Shown in pieces: positions 19,978-29,638 of a stretch of 37,957 bases of DNA. Each line of letters starts with the position of its first letter. Within the stretch, counting starts at the first letter, position 1. The notes beneath the pieces were generated by a model. The model had not been told where the DNA came from and ran no database searches. It worked only from the letters and a program-made list of their open reading frames with translations. The stretch is from an uncultured archaeon (GTDB taxonomy: Archaea > Asgardarchaeota > Heimdallarchaeia > Heimdallarchaeales > Heimdallarchaeaceae): the NCBI GenBank assembly GCA_964549075.1, contig CAZJUB010000022.1, forward strand, positions 1-37,957, read 5' to 3'. The position numbers were made by a program, and so were the translations under genes.

Positions 19978-21249
19978 TTGCAACCGGAACAACCTTTATT
20001 TTTTGAGAAGAAGGTTTTCAAAAATCATTGGTTAAGTTTTGAAAAAAATGAGATTTTTCTTTTAATTAGTTTCTTCTTTTTAGGTGGAGCTTTTGCTAAT
20101 TACGAACCTTATGCACCTTTCTGGTTACAAGATCTTTTTAGTGTCAATTCTTTTCTTATCATTGGTCTAGTTACTATTATTCCTAGTATAGCAGTTGCGG
20201 TTGGAACTTCGTTTTGGGGGTACTTTGCAGATAGATTTGGAATAAAGAAATTTGTACTTCTTGGTATATTTTCATATTGTATTTTGTTTTTTAGTCTGAT
20301 ATTTACAACTAATGCAACATATTTTTTGATAGCTGTTTTAATTGGTACTATCGTAGGTGCAGCTCAATCATCAAATTACTATGCTTTAGGAGAAAAAATA
20401 ATTGATAAACCTCGTACTGTGGTTTTTGCAAAAATGATCGGAGCAATCAGTTTGTCATGGGTGATATTAAGCCCAATTATTGGTTGGATAAGTGACACAT
20501 ATGAAGAGGAACCTTTAACTGCGATGAAAATTCAGTTGATAATTGCAGTTGTTTTTTGTGTAATTTCTCTCGTATTAGCTCTATTTATCGAGGAAAAAAA
20601 CCAAGAAAAATACGAAATAGAAGAAAACCTAAAACTTAGTAATAGAAGAACTCTAACCTATTTTCCTTATCTCTTTACAATTATGATGATGGTAGTTTTT
20701 ACTTGGGAAATGACAGGAGGCTTTTGGGCTTTTATTTCTATTTATTTTCTTGATGTTCTAGTAATCCCAAGAACACTTTATGGTGTTTATCTTATCATTA
20801 AAACTGCTCTTGCTATACCATTGTCTTTTCTATTAGGTAGAGTGAAAAGACATGGAAAAAACACTTTGATTATGATTATGTTCGGAACTTGGTCAGTTAT
20901 TATGTTCTTTTTTATGATGATGTTCCCTTTAAATTGGTTAATGATTCTTTTACTCTATAGTATTCCGATGTATCCATTATATAGTGTGACATATCAAAAC
21001 ATTCTATCTGATCTTACTCCTAAAGAAAGAAGGGCAACTGCTTTTGGTATTATGGCAACTATACGAACTATCGGTTATGTTGTAAGTATATTGTTATTAG
21101 GGTTTATAGCTGATAAATTAATTAAAGGTATATTTACAATGTTAATTGCTTCTTTTGTTTTTTCTGTAATTGCTTTGACTTTTATTTTAGTTTTTTATAT
21201 TATGAATAGATTGAATAGAGATGCTTTAAGAAGCACGGAAGTCTTATAA
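19978..21249 (+). CDS. Major facilitator superfamily transporter
   Basis: 12 hydrophobic segments; WGYFADRFGIK motif A; RATAFG in C-terminal half. Confidence 0.9.
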   Translation: MQPEQPLFFEKKVFKNHWLSFEKNEIFLLISFFFLGGAFANYEPYAPFWLQDLFSVNSFLIIGLVTIIPSIAVAVGTSFWGYFADRFGIKKFVLLGIFSYCILFFSLIFTTNATYFLIAVLIGTIVGAAQSSNYYALGEKIIDKPRTVVFAKMIGAISLSWVILSPIIGWISDTYEEEPLTAMKIQLIIAVVFCVISLVLALFIEEKNQEKYEIEENLKLSNRRTLTYFPYLFTIMMMVVFTWEMTGGFWAFISIYFLDVLVIPRTLYGVYLIIKTALAIPLSFLLGRVKRHGKNTLIMIMFGTWSVIMFFFMMMFPLNWLMILLLYSIPMYPLYSVTYQNILSDLTPKERRATAFGIMATIRTIGYVVSILLLGFIADKLIKGIFTMLIASFVFSVIALTFILVFYIMNRLNRDALRSTEVL

Positions 21250-21272
21250 TCATTAACAATTTTCTGTATTCA

Positions 21273-21923
21273 ATGAATAATAAGAATCCAAATTGCATTT
21301 GTACCTGGGAGGATGAAAAAAATTGTGAGGATTGTGTACTAAAAGGAAGATTGCATTGTCATTTAGACAAAAAATATAGTATAATCTTCATGATACCTTT
21401 TCTAATAGGTTTTGTACCAGCTTTCATTGGTTTAATATTATTAGATTTTCCTTTGAATTTAATTTCAACACTTGTTTGGATTGGATACATGGTGTTTTTC
21501 TTTCTTATTTGGGAGCCACCAATTCTTTGTGCTCATTGTCCTTTTTATGCTGAAGGAGAAACAAAGATTTTGAAATGCTCAATAAATTATGGCTTCTTTA
21601 AAACCTCAAAATTTAAACCTGGTCCTGCAACAAGATGGGAGAAAATTCAATTCCTTGTCGGAGCTAATATTATGTTCTTAATTCCAATAGTATTTCTAGC
21701 TATTGGACAAAAATGGATTTTCTTAGGATTATGTGTTTTTGGTATCGTTCTATGGTATATTACTATTCAACTAAAAATTTGTACAGATTGCATTAATTTT
21801 TCATGTGTACTTAATCGTGTTCCTAAAGAAATTAGAGATGAATTTCTAAAAAAGAATCCTGAGATGTATGAAGCTTGGAAAGCAAGTGGCTACGTATGCG
21901 ATGACGAGAAAGAGGAAGAATAA
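21273..21923 (+). CDS. Cys-rich membrane protein of unknown function
   Basis: 4 TM helices with Cys clusters CICTW..CEDC..HC, CAHCPFY..C and CTDCINFSC. Confidence 0.7.
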   Translation: MNNKNPNCICTWEDEKNCEDCVLKGRLHCHLDKKYSIIFMIPFLIGFVPAFIGLILLDFPLNLISTLVWIGYMVFFFLIWEPPILCAHCPFYAEGETKILKCSINYGFFKTSKFKPGPATRWEKIQFLVGANIMFLIPIVFLAIGQKWIFLGLCVFGIVLWYITIQLKICTDCINFSCVLNRVPKEIRDEFLKKNPEMYEAWKASGYVCDDEKEEE

Positions 21924-21929
21924 TTATTC

Positions 21930-22166
21930 TTAGATCAATTTAGCTGTATCTTTTTTCCTATAAAGCACATACTCAACGGGTACTATCCCCCCTCTGTTGT
22001 AGTGAGAAAGAATAGCCTCATGATCCTTAGTACAATAATGATCATTAATTGTACACAAAACAGCAATTTCTGATATGTCCATCCAGTTTTCTCCATCAAC
22101 ACTACATTCAGCAATACCATATTGAGAAATAAAGAGTTCATTAATCATATGTCTTTTTAATGACAT
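21930..22166 (-). CDS. Small hypothetical protein
   Basis: 78-aa ORF filling the gap, co-oriented with neighbour; C..C...H.C...H pattern. Confidence 0.55.
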   Translation of the reverse strand: MSLKRHMINELFISQYGIAECSVDGENWMDISEIAVLCTINDHYCTKDHEAILSHYNRGGIVPVEYVLYRKKDTAKLI

Positions 22167-22213
22167 TTGGATATAAAAACAGAGAAAATATTGTCCCCTT
22201 ATTGAAAGTGAAA

Positions 22214-22993
22214 TCAGGAGATGCTAAGCATTTTCTTGATATTTTCCGAAAATATCATCTGTTGGGTTGTTTCATCTAATTTTAATTTGGTGTATCTGTT
22301 TTTATCTTCATTTAGTATTTGTTCAATTTTTGATGGTTCTGTGTTTGTACCAAAGACTAGATCTTGGAAAGCATTTTCCCAATACAGGAATTTTTCCAAA
22401 CCAATCGAATCTATTCTTTTTCGCCACCCATCTTGTTCACCTGTTAGATCTAGATATACATTGGCTCTCATACGAGCGAGTTCAGCAGCATCTGTATTCC
22501 AGTGACCTCCAAGTTGAGACAGGATAATATTAAGATCTGGAAAAGAATTAGCTATTGGTTCAAGTCTTAAAGGATGCATATCTAAAGACAGAACCATATC
22601 TTTTGGAGAAGATTCTGCGACAGTAATTAAGCCAGTATGGAAAAGTATAGGCATATTTAATCTCTGAGCGGCTCCCCAAAGTGGAAGAAAAGCTGGGTCA
22701 TTATATGGCTTTTTAGGTATTGCAGCTTTTAACATCCGAAATCCAAGAGAATGAGCATCTTGAATTTCTAAAGCATTTGTAACTCCAGGACGAATAAAAT
22801 AGGTTCCAACAAATCTAGGTGAAAAGTCATCAACAATTTTGAGAATTTCTTTATTAGTAACAGAGTTGAACATTGATCCCATCCCACTAATACATGCTTT
22901 AGAAATCTCTAATCGATTCATCTCAGTCATAAGCTCTAAAACATAACCTGGTAGAGCAAGAATATTTGCATGGGCATCTATAATTTCCATCAA
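22214..22993 (-). CDS. Amidohydrolase_2-family TIM-barrel protein with degenerate metal site
   Basis: IIDAH, PILFHTG, FPDLNII, NVYLD, FGT motifs. Confidence 0.8.
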   Translation of the reverse strand: MMEIIDAHANILALPGYVLELMTEMNRLEISKACISGMGSMFNSVTNKEILKIVDDFSPRFVGTYFIRPGVTNALEIQDAHSLGFRMLKAAIPKKPYNDPAFLPLWGAAQRLNMPILFHTGLITVAESSPKDMVLSLDMHPLRLEPIANSFPDLNIILSQLGGHWNTDAAELARMRANVYLDLTGEQDGWRKRIDSIGLEKFLYWENAFQDLVFGTNTEPSKIEQILNEDKNRYTKLKLDETTQQMIFSENIKKMLSIS

Positions 22994-23050
22994 AGAATTA
23001 TAGTTAATACAGTAATTAAATCTATCTTCAAAAATAAATGGGGAGGTAAT

Positions 23051-24346
23051 TTACCTTAATTCATTCTTGAGTAATCTACCTAGTATTTCTATGCCTTCAT
23101 TTATGTTTGTAGGATTCAATAAAGAATATCCAAGCCTCATTGTATTCGAAGGAACTTTGAAAGCTTCTAATTTACTTTCCTCCGTTATTGCATAACCATT
23201 TGACGGGAAAAACTGATATCCAGGAACATACATAACTTCGTTTTTTATAGCTTTCTCGATAAATTCTTTAGAGTTAAAGGTTTTATTCTCAGTTTCATAC
23301 CAAACAAAGAATCCTCCAGTAGGTTTTGTGAAAACTCCTCTTGGCATATGTTCTTCTACAGCTTTTACCATTGCATCTCTGCGTTTTTTATATTCCTCTC
23401 GAATTGCTGGAATTTGATGATCAATATGTTTATCATAGTATTTAGCTACAATTTTTTGGACATATTCTGGAGTACATAAGTCGTAAAATCCTTTAACCTT
23501 CACAATATTCTTATAAATGTCAGCTGGAAGAACTGAGTAACCTACTCTGAAAGAAGCAGCTTCCTTCGTTGTTGTACTAATATAAACTATCTTATCATTT
23601 TCAACATCATACTTTTTTAGAGGTGAATATCGCTTCCCATAAAACTGAATTTCTTTATAAGCTGCATCTTCAACTATGAGAATATCTTTGTGAGGTAACA
23701 TTATATCAAGAATATGTTGTTTTCTTTTTTCAGGTAATGTTGTTCCCTTTGGATTATCAGAATATGGAACAAGATAAAGAATTTTAGGTCTTTTATTAAA
23801 TTTGATTTCACACAGATTTATTGCTACATCAAGGTATTCTGGTAACAGACCATTTTCATCAGAAGGAAGAGTTACAATTTTAGCTCCTAATTTTTGAGCT
23901 GGCATTAAAAATCCTAAGTAAGTAGGTCTTGTAGTTAAAATAATATCTCCAGGATTAATCAATATGTCATTTATTGCATAAAGCATCTGTTGTGATCCAG
24001 TTGTTATCACAATATCCTCTTTTGAGCATCTTATTCCTTCTTTTCTGTTCATTCTATTCGCAAGAATTTCTCTAAGCTCATCAGAACCTTCAGTTTTTCC
24101 ATAATTATAATTAATCAAAACAGAATCAAGTTTGTTCTGAAGCAATTCTTGTTCTTCTGATATTATCTCTATTAATATCTGATGAAAGGTTTCTATTGGT
24201 AAGACTCCGGGTTTTCCTCCACCAAAATAATATTTCACATTATATTTTAATAATCTCCTTATTTCGCTTTCTTCAGCATTATATACCCAATCTGCAAAAG
24301 TTCTTTTTTGTTCTTCAACAGCTTTTTGTATTGTCATATTATTCAC
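23051..24346 (-). CDS. PLP-dependent aminotransferase, class I/II (LysN/Aro8-like)
   Basis: GGGKP, ITTGSQQ, NPKG, EDAAY, TTTK...FRVGY (PLP Lys), PTGGFFVW, MRLGYS. Confidence 0.9.
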   Translation of the reverse strand: MNNMTIQKAVEEQKRTFADWVYNAEESEIRRLLKYNVKYYFGGGKPGVLPIETFHQILIEIISEEQELLQNKLDSVLINYNYGKTEGSDELREILANRMNRKEGIRCSKEDIVITTGSQQMLYAINDILINPGDIILTTRPTYLGFLMPAQKLGAKIVTLPSDENGLLPEYLDVAINLCEIKFNKRPKILYLVPYSDNPKGTTLPEKRKQHILDIMLPHKDILIVEDAAYKEIQFYGKRYSPLKKYDVENDKIVYISTTTKEAASFRVGYSVLPADIYKNIVKVKGFYDLCTPEYVQKIVAKYYDKHIDHQIPAIREEYKKRRDAMVKAVEEHMPRGVFTKPTGGFFVWYETENKTFNSKEFIEKAIKNEVMYVPGYQFFPSNGYAITEESKLEAFKVPSNTMRLGYSLLNPTNINEGIEILGRLLKNELR

Positions 24347-24429
24347 TTATCTACTCGCTTTTTACTCGTGCTTTATATACTTAAAAATATATTTACGCAT
24401 ACATAAGATTTATAACGAAATTTTTACAA

Positions 24430-24894
24430 ATGTCAAATATGTATGATGAAACTGATTTGAAAATTATACAAATGTTAAAACGAGATTCTAGAATCAACCG
24501 ACAAGTGATAGCAGAAAACCTCGATAATATTACCAGGCAAACAGTTCATAATAGAATTAAAGCTTTAGAAGAAAAAGGAATTATTTTGAAATATACAATT
24601 CTAACAAACGATAAGAAACTCGGGAAAGAGGTTACTGCAGTAATTTTAGTTATTCTAGATAGAGCTGCAAGTGTATGGGAATTTACTGCAAAAGAATTGT
24701 GGAAACAACAGCAAGAGTTGGGAATTATCGAGATGCATCATTTAGCTGGAGAATATGATGTGATGTTAAAATTAAAAACAGAGAGTATAGAAAAACTAGA
24801 AAAAATTTTAGCGATAATAACTACAATTAAAGGTGTTCAAAGAACACATACGATGGTGTGTTTATCCAGCTTTGAACAAGGTTTTGTTTTATGA
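24430..24894 (+). CDS. Lrp/AsnC family transcriptional regulator
   Basis: DETDLKII..L..DSR helix-turn-helix, RIKALEEKGII, RAM domain GEYD...GVQRTHT; divergent from the aminotransferase. Confidence 0.92.
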   Translation: MSNMYDETDLKIIQMLKRDSRINRQVIAENLDNITRQTVHNRIKALEEKGIILKYTILTNDKKLGKEVTAVILVILDRAASVWEFTAKELWKQQQELGIIEMHHLAGEYDVMLKLKTESIEKLEKILAIITTIKGVQRTHTMVCLSSFEQGFVL

Positions 24895-24898
24895 AAGC

Positions 24899-25960
24899 TT
24901 ACAACCATTTCTTTCTTTTGAAGTAATAGACAAGACCAAGAAATACAAGAATCATAAAGATCCAAATACCAAGGTAGCCATATTTCCAAGTAAGTTCAGG
25001 CATATATTGAAAATTCATCCCATAAACTCCAGCAATAAATGTAAGAGGTATAAAAATAGTAGCTATGATTGTTAAAACCTTCATAATTTCATTCATTTTA
25101 TTGCTTATACTAGAAAGATAAATATCTAACAATCCGGAGACCATATCGCGATTTGATTCAAGGGTTTCTATAATTCTTACAATGTGATCATAAATATCTC
25201 TGTAATAAACAACATCTGTTTCCTTGATAAGTTTTGAATCTCCTCTTAAAATAGAATTTATTATCTCTCTAGAAGGGGTGACATTTTTTCTGACTTGTAT
25301 GATATTGCTTTTTAATCTGTGTATGCTAAATAGAAGATCTTTAGTTGGTTTTGTAACTAGTTCCTCCTCAGTATCTTCTATTTTTTCACTAAGAGTTTCT
25401 AGAGTAATAAAATAATTATCTACAATTGTATCGATTATTGTATAAAACAAAAAATCAACACCAGATCTTCTTATTCTACCTCTTTTACCTCTAATTCTTT
25501 CTATAATTGGATTAAATAAATCAGTTTTTTTATCTACAAAAGTGATGACTAATCCTTGATAATATAATAAACAGATGTGATTACTTATCAATATCTCATC
25601 AACCTCCAACTTGAATTCCTTTAAAATCGCAAATACATAATCTTCATAAAATTCAACCTTGACTCTTTCATATATATTAACGATATCTTCCATTATAAGA
25701 GGGTGAATGTTGAGATTTTTTCCAAGAGTTTCTATATTCTCTTCATTATGGATTCCATAAATAATTAGCCAGTTATTCTTTTTTAAATCTCTTTTTTTAA
25801 TAAATTCTTCAATTGAAGTCAATTCGTACTTTTTATATTCTGGTTCATTGTATTCTATGAGTACCATTTCAATTGGTTCTTCATTTTTCTCGCCAGTATA
25901 GCTTACAGTTCCTGGGGGTGAACCTACTTTGCTTTGATTCTTTCTTTTGTTTGAAAACAT
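24899..25960 (-). CDS. corA: Magnesium/cobalt transporter CorA
   Basis: GSPPGT, HPLIMEDI, MNEIMKVLT, PLTFIAGVYGMNF..MPEL. Confidence 0.95.
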   Translation of the reverse strand: MFSNKRKNQSKVGSPPGTVSYTGEKNEEPIEMVLIEYNEPEYKKYELTSIEEFIKKRDLKKNNWLIIYGIHNEENIETLGKNLNIHPLIMEDIVNIYERVKVEFYEDYVFAILKEFKLEVDEILISNHICLLYYQGLVITFVDKKTDLFNPIIERIRGKRGRIRRSGVDFLFYTIIDTIVDNYFITLETLSEKIEDTEEELVTKPTKDLLFSIHRLKSNIIQVRKNVTPSREIINSILRGDSKLIKETDVVYYRDIYDHIVRIIETLESNRDMVSGLLDIYLSSISNKMNEIMKVLTIIATIFIPLTFIAGVYGMNFQYMPELTWKYGYLGIWIFMILVFLGLVYYFKRKKWL

Positions 25961-26027
25961 TATTCACACATATCTCCTATCAATTATATATTTTATCCAA
26001 AAAGATTTTCTTTTCCAGCTTTAAATA

Positions 26028-26723
26028 CTAAATGCTAATCTTACTTTCTATTCTTTTTCTATCCTGTTGCTTTATTTCGTTCAAACCTACAAGCATATCT
26101 GGATTGAATTTACTCCAGTTGACACAATTTTCATGATACCAACGAAAAGAAAGATTTTCTTGATAATATGATGGTTCACCTAACCTCAAAGAATCTCTCT
26201 CAATGTAATTTTTACATTTATTGCATTTTGAAACTCCACTTTTAGCATACTCTAGTTTCCATTTGTTTTCTCTTACTTTCATAAATAGATTTTTGGTTGA
26301 TTTTTGAATTATTTTTTCTAGAATTTCTTTTGGATTATTTCCATCTAAATCATTTGAATCGATTTTCAAATGAAAAATATCAAAATTCCCAACAAAAAAT
26401 ATTAGATTTGCAGGTTTGGTGTATTTGAGATCACCATTAATTTTTACATGTTTAGGTAAAATCTTATTTTTCATTATATATCTAGCTAAGGTAGATGAAA
26501 GCATTTCTGATAACTGTTTTTTATCATATTTCTGTACTTGACCAGTTTTGATCCTGCCGTAAACGTTTCTGATCACAGTTCTTTCGATTTCTTCAATATA
26601 TTCCCGTTTTTTGATAACAAAGAAAAATCCCTCAGGAATTTCCTTTTCAATTTTCATTTGTATGAAATTTCTGGGATCTATGGAATATCCCCATTCTGTG
26701 TCTTCATCTAGATTTATTTTCAT
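26028..26723 (-). CDS. Protein with C-terminal PARP-type zinc finger and unknown N-terminal domain
   Basis: EYAKSG.SKCNKC...I....LRLG...WYHENC...GL.E....D...I matches zf-PARP (C-x2-C...H-x2-C). Confidence 0.85.
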   Translation of the reverse strand: MKINLDEDTEWGYSIDPRNFIQMKIEKEIPEGFFFVIKKREYIEEIERTVIRNVYGRIKTGQVQKYDKKQLSEMLSSTLARYIMKNKILPKHVKINGDLKYTKPANLIFFVGNFDIFHLKIDSNDLDGNNPKEILEKIIQKSTKNLFMKVRENKWKLEYAKSGVSKCNKCKNYIERDSLRLGEPSYYQENLSFRWYHENCVNWSKFNPDMLVGLNEIKQQDRKRIESKISI

Positions 26724-26769
26724 CGGTTTACATTAATAAACAATTTCAGATATTTATCAGTTTCTTAAG

Positions 26770-27735
26770 TCAGTAATATTTTTTCCTAATCTTTCCATAT
26801 TCTTCCTCAAGTGTGCTCATGTATTCTCCTGTTAAATTTATCAAAGAATGCGCATCCTGAACTGTAAGATTCATTTGATAAGTTCGATGGAATTTATCTC
26901 TCTTCAAGATGAACCATGTTACATCTTCTTCCAAAACATCTCTGAATTTCTCTGAAGTTTTTTCTATAGCTTCTACACATGTTTCATGATTTTCTTCAGA
27001 ATCACTTGCCCATTTAAGAGGATAGGTATAAAATGTTGTTCCTTTTTTTCGAAATTTTAATTGTAAACCTTTTGTATCTTCATCAGGTATGAATCTCTTA
27101 GTATTAATTATCCATTTATTAAGCAAACCATTATTCGGTAAAATTGCTGTGGTCCCATCAGATTGATCTACTTTAGTATAATTTACAGTCACTTCAATTA
27201 CTACTCCTTCTGTATCCATATCAGCTATAATAATATAGTCCCCTATTGTAAATGGTCTACTGACAATCAAGTAAAGTCCTGCTAATAAATTACCAATAGT
27301 AGTCGTAGATGCAAAACCTATCGCAGTACCTAGTAAAGCCGCTATACCAATAAGTGTACCTTTGAAAGCTTCGAAACTATTGAGATAGGCTATAATACAA
27401 AATGGAATAATAATTATATTTCCAAGAATTCTTAGAGTGTTTGTTATAGTAGGTGTTACTCTCTCTTTAATTGCTCGAATGAGTAACCTCCAAAGGATAA
27501 TTAATACAATTGCGACAAAAGAATAAAGAATAAATGGAAGTATGTACTGATTCATAAGAACTTCTGTGTATGGATTCTCTATTGTTGATGTTGGATTTTT
27601 TTTCAAATACCAAGTATTATAAGCATTAGATATGAAATTACCTTCTACAAAATAGCTGTAAAAAGCCAATACTACTATAGTTATGAAAATTGCAGCTAAT
27701 ATTATATAAACAATGTATTTCTTTCTAAATTTCAT
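26770..27735 (-). CDS. Small-conductance mechanosensitive channel (MscS family)
   Basis: GTAIGFAS...GNLLAG......RPFTIGDYI...EGVV...YTKV...ILPN. Confidence 0.88.
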   Translation of the reverse strand: MKFRKKYIVYIILAAIFITIVVLAFYSYFVEGNFISNAYNTWYLKKNPTSTIENPYTEVLMNQYILPFILYSFVAIVLIILWRLLIRAIKERVTPTITNTLRILGNIIIIPFCIIAYLNSFEAFKGTLIGIAALLGTAIGFASTTTIGNLLAGLYLIVSRPFTIGDYIIIADMDTEGVVIEVTVNYTKVDQSDGTTAILPNNGLLNKWIINTKRFIPDEDTKGLQLKFRKKGTTFYTYPLKWASDSEENHETCVEAIEKTSEKFRDVLEEDVTWFILKRDKFHRTYQMNLTVQDAHSLINLTGEYMSTLEEEYGKIRKKYY

Positions 27736-27812
27736 ATATCAAGTATAGTATCTTGTTTTTTAAATTTTTTACTTAAGCGTACATATATATATATCAACGA
27801 CTATTTTTAAGT

Positions 27813-28199
27813 ATGAGCGAAAGAGAAATAAAATTTTACAAATTACTAGCTAAAAAATACGAGCTAGCAGAACAATTTTACAATTTGAAGGAAGATATTG
27901 ATGAACTTGAAGCTAAAAAAGCTTCTTATCAGAAAAAACAGGCTTTAGTAAATAAAGACAAACAAGATCATATGGTTAAACAATCAAAACTCAAAGAAGA
28001 AGGAAAATTGGATAAGGCTCTTAAACAAGAAAAAACTATAAAGGAAAAAGAACAAGATATTCTTGAGGCAAAGAAAAAAATTCAAGATATAAAGAAAAAA
28101 CTTGAGAAAAAAAGGCCTGAGATTGAAAAAATAGAAAGTGATTTGAAATCTGTTGATTCAAAATTACAGCTAGATTTTCCAAACAAATTCCAGAATTAG
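27813..28199 (+). CDS. Coiled-coil (helical hairpin) protein
   Basis: K/E/Q-rich heptad pattern over about 115 aa with one central Gly (EEGKLDKAL). Confidence 0.7.
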   Translation: MSEREIKFYKLLAKKYELAEQFYNLKEDIDELEAKKASYQKKQALVNKDKQDHMVKQSKLKEEGKLDKALKQEKTIKEKEQDILEAKKKIQDIKKKLEKKRPEIEKIESDLKSVDSKLQLDFPNKFQN

Positions 28200-28346
28200 G
28201 TTTTAAGTAAAATACAACTCTTTTTTATTTTTATACGAACAATAATTCGTTCTATAATCCTTTAAAACAAAGTTAATATAATGATTCTTGGACTAAATAA
28301 CTGTTGATTTAAGGTTCAAATCGAATCCATCGTTGTAAAATAAATA

Positions 28347-28877
28347 GTGATGAAAATGCGTAAACAAAGAATAATAAAGGATTACGATGCCCTCAGAAAA
28401 TTGCACAAAGAAGGGGTTATTGCCCAAGTTAAAGCATTTCCTGGAAAGAAGAAATCTATGGATCATTTAGCTGTTGGTTTCATCGGACCAAAAGGCACAC
28501 CATATGAAGGAGGAAAATATAAATTGGAAATATTCTTCGGATCAAATTATCCCTACAAACCTCCATTTGTAAGATTACATACACCAATTTTCCATCCTAA
28601 CTTTTGGCCAGATCCAAAGGAATATCCTGGTAAACGAAATATCTGCTTGGCATTAGTAGATAATGAATTGATTGGTAAACATGATGGTTGGTCTCCATCC
28701 AAAAATATTACCTCGGTTATTTATTCTATCTTAGCTATGTTCAACATCGATGGAGCATATGTTAATCCTAAAGATGTTTTCAATAAAAAAGCAGCAATTG
28801 AATTTCTGAATGATAGGACCAAATTCATAAAGAAAGCAAGAGCTGTTAATAAGAAATTTGCAAATTCATTTTGGTGA
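28347..28877 (+). CDS. Ubiquitin-conjugating enzyme E2
   Basis: RIIKD, GPKGTPYEGG, YPYKPP, IFHPN, catalytic ICL, WSP motifs. Confidence 0.95.
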   Translation: MMKMRKQRIIKDYDALRKLHKEGVIAQVKAFPGKKKSMDHLAVGFIGPKGTPYEGGKYKLEIFFGSNYPYKPPFVRLHTPIFHPNFWPDPKEYPGKRNICLALVDNELIGKHDGWSPSKNITSVIYSILAMFNIDGAYVNPKDVFNKKAAIEFLNDRTKFIKKARAVNKKFANSFW

Positions 28878-28914
28878 AAATCAATTAAGTATTTTAATTT
28901 ATGGAGTTTAAAAG

Positions 28915-29634
28915 ATGTCAAATGATGAAAATGAGCTTCCAGAAGAATATAAGTTTCTATTAAAGAAGATAGAAGCATTGGAAAAAGCGCTGGAATTTTA
29001 CAAAATTGAAAAAGTCGTTAAAGATACTGAAAGAGAAGAAGAAATAAGTGCAGAAACAATCACTGAAGAAGATCTCCGAATAGAACCAAAACCTGAGATT
29101 GTTATTAATCCAAAAGCATACCTCAAACTAGCAAAGCATTCATTAACTTATGCTAATCCATCTATCCCGAAAAGTGACTGGGTAGAAGTAATTGGACTTC
29201 TTACAGGAAAAATTAGAAATGAAGAAACACCTTTAGAGCAGATATTTGTTGAAGATTATTGGCCAGTCGATCAAGGTGATGCTGTCAGTGTAGAAATTGT
29301 TGATCAAAAAATATTTTCGGAGATCTTTGAGAAAAAAAACAGCGAGCATTTCATCATCGGTTGGGCTCATTCTCACCCAAGTTACACTCCTTTTCTTAGT
29401 GGAGATGATCTCAGAACACACCGTCGATACCAGACTTTTTGGAATAAATCGATTGCTTTAGTTATAGATCCTCTAATGATAGCACCTAACAATTATGGAA
29501 TAGGTGTGTTTAGAATTCATAAAGATAAACAAAATTATTACGAATTATCTACTGAAATACAAGGAATGAGTAGTGAAGCATGTTTTGAATCAATTAACAT
29601 GTTTATGAAGAATCAACTAAATATAGAAGAATAA
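28915..29634 (+). CDS. JAB1/MPN+ (JAMM) metalloprotease, Rpn11/CSN5-like
   Basis: EVIGLL.G, IGWAHSHPSYTPFLSGDD (H-x-H-x7-S-x2-D), ALVIDP. Confidence 0.93.
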   Translation: MSNDENELPEEYKFLLKKIEALEKALEFYKIEKVVKDTEREEEISAETITEEDLRIEPKPEIVINPKAYLKLAKHSLTYANPSIPKSDWVEVIGLLTGKIRNEETPLEQIFVEDYWPVDQGDAVSVEIVDQKIFSEIFEKKNSEHFIIGWAHSHPSYTPFLSGDDLRTHRRYQTFWNKSIALVIDPLMIAPNNYGIGVFRIHKDKQNYYELSTEIQGMSSEACFESINMFMKNQLNIEE

Positions 29635-29638
29635 TTTA

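Noticed and set aside
28306-28328. GGTTCAAATC resembling a tRNA T-arm upstream of E2
   Set aside because: No acceptor, D or anticodon arms; AT-rich context
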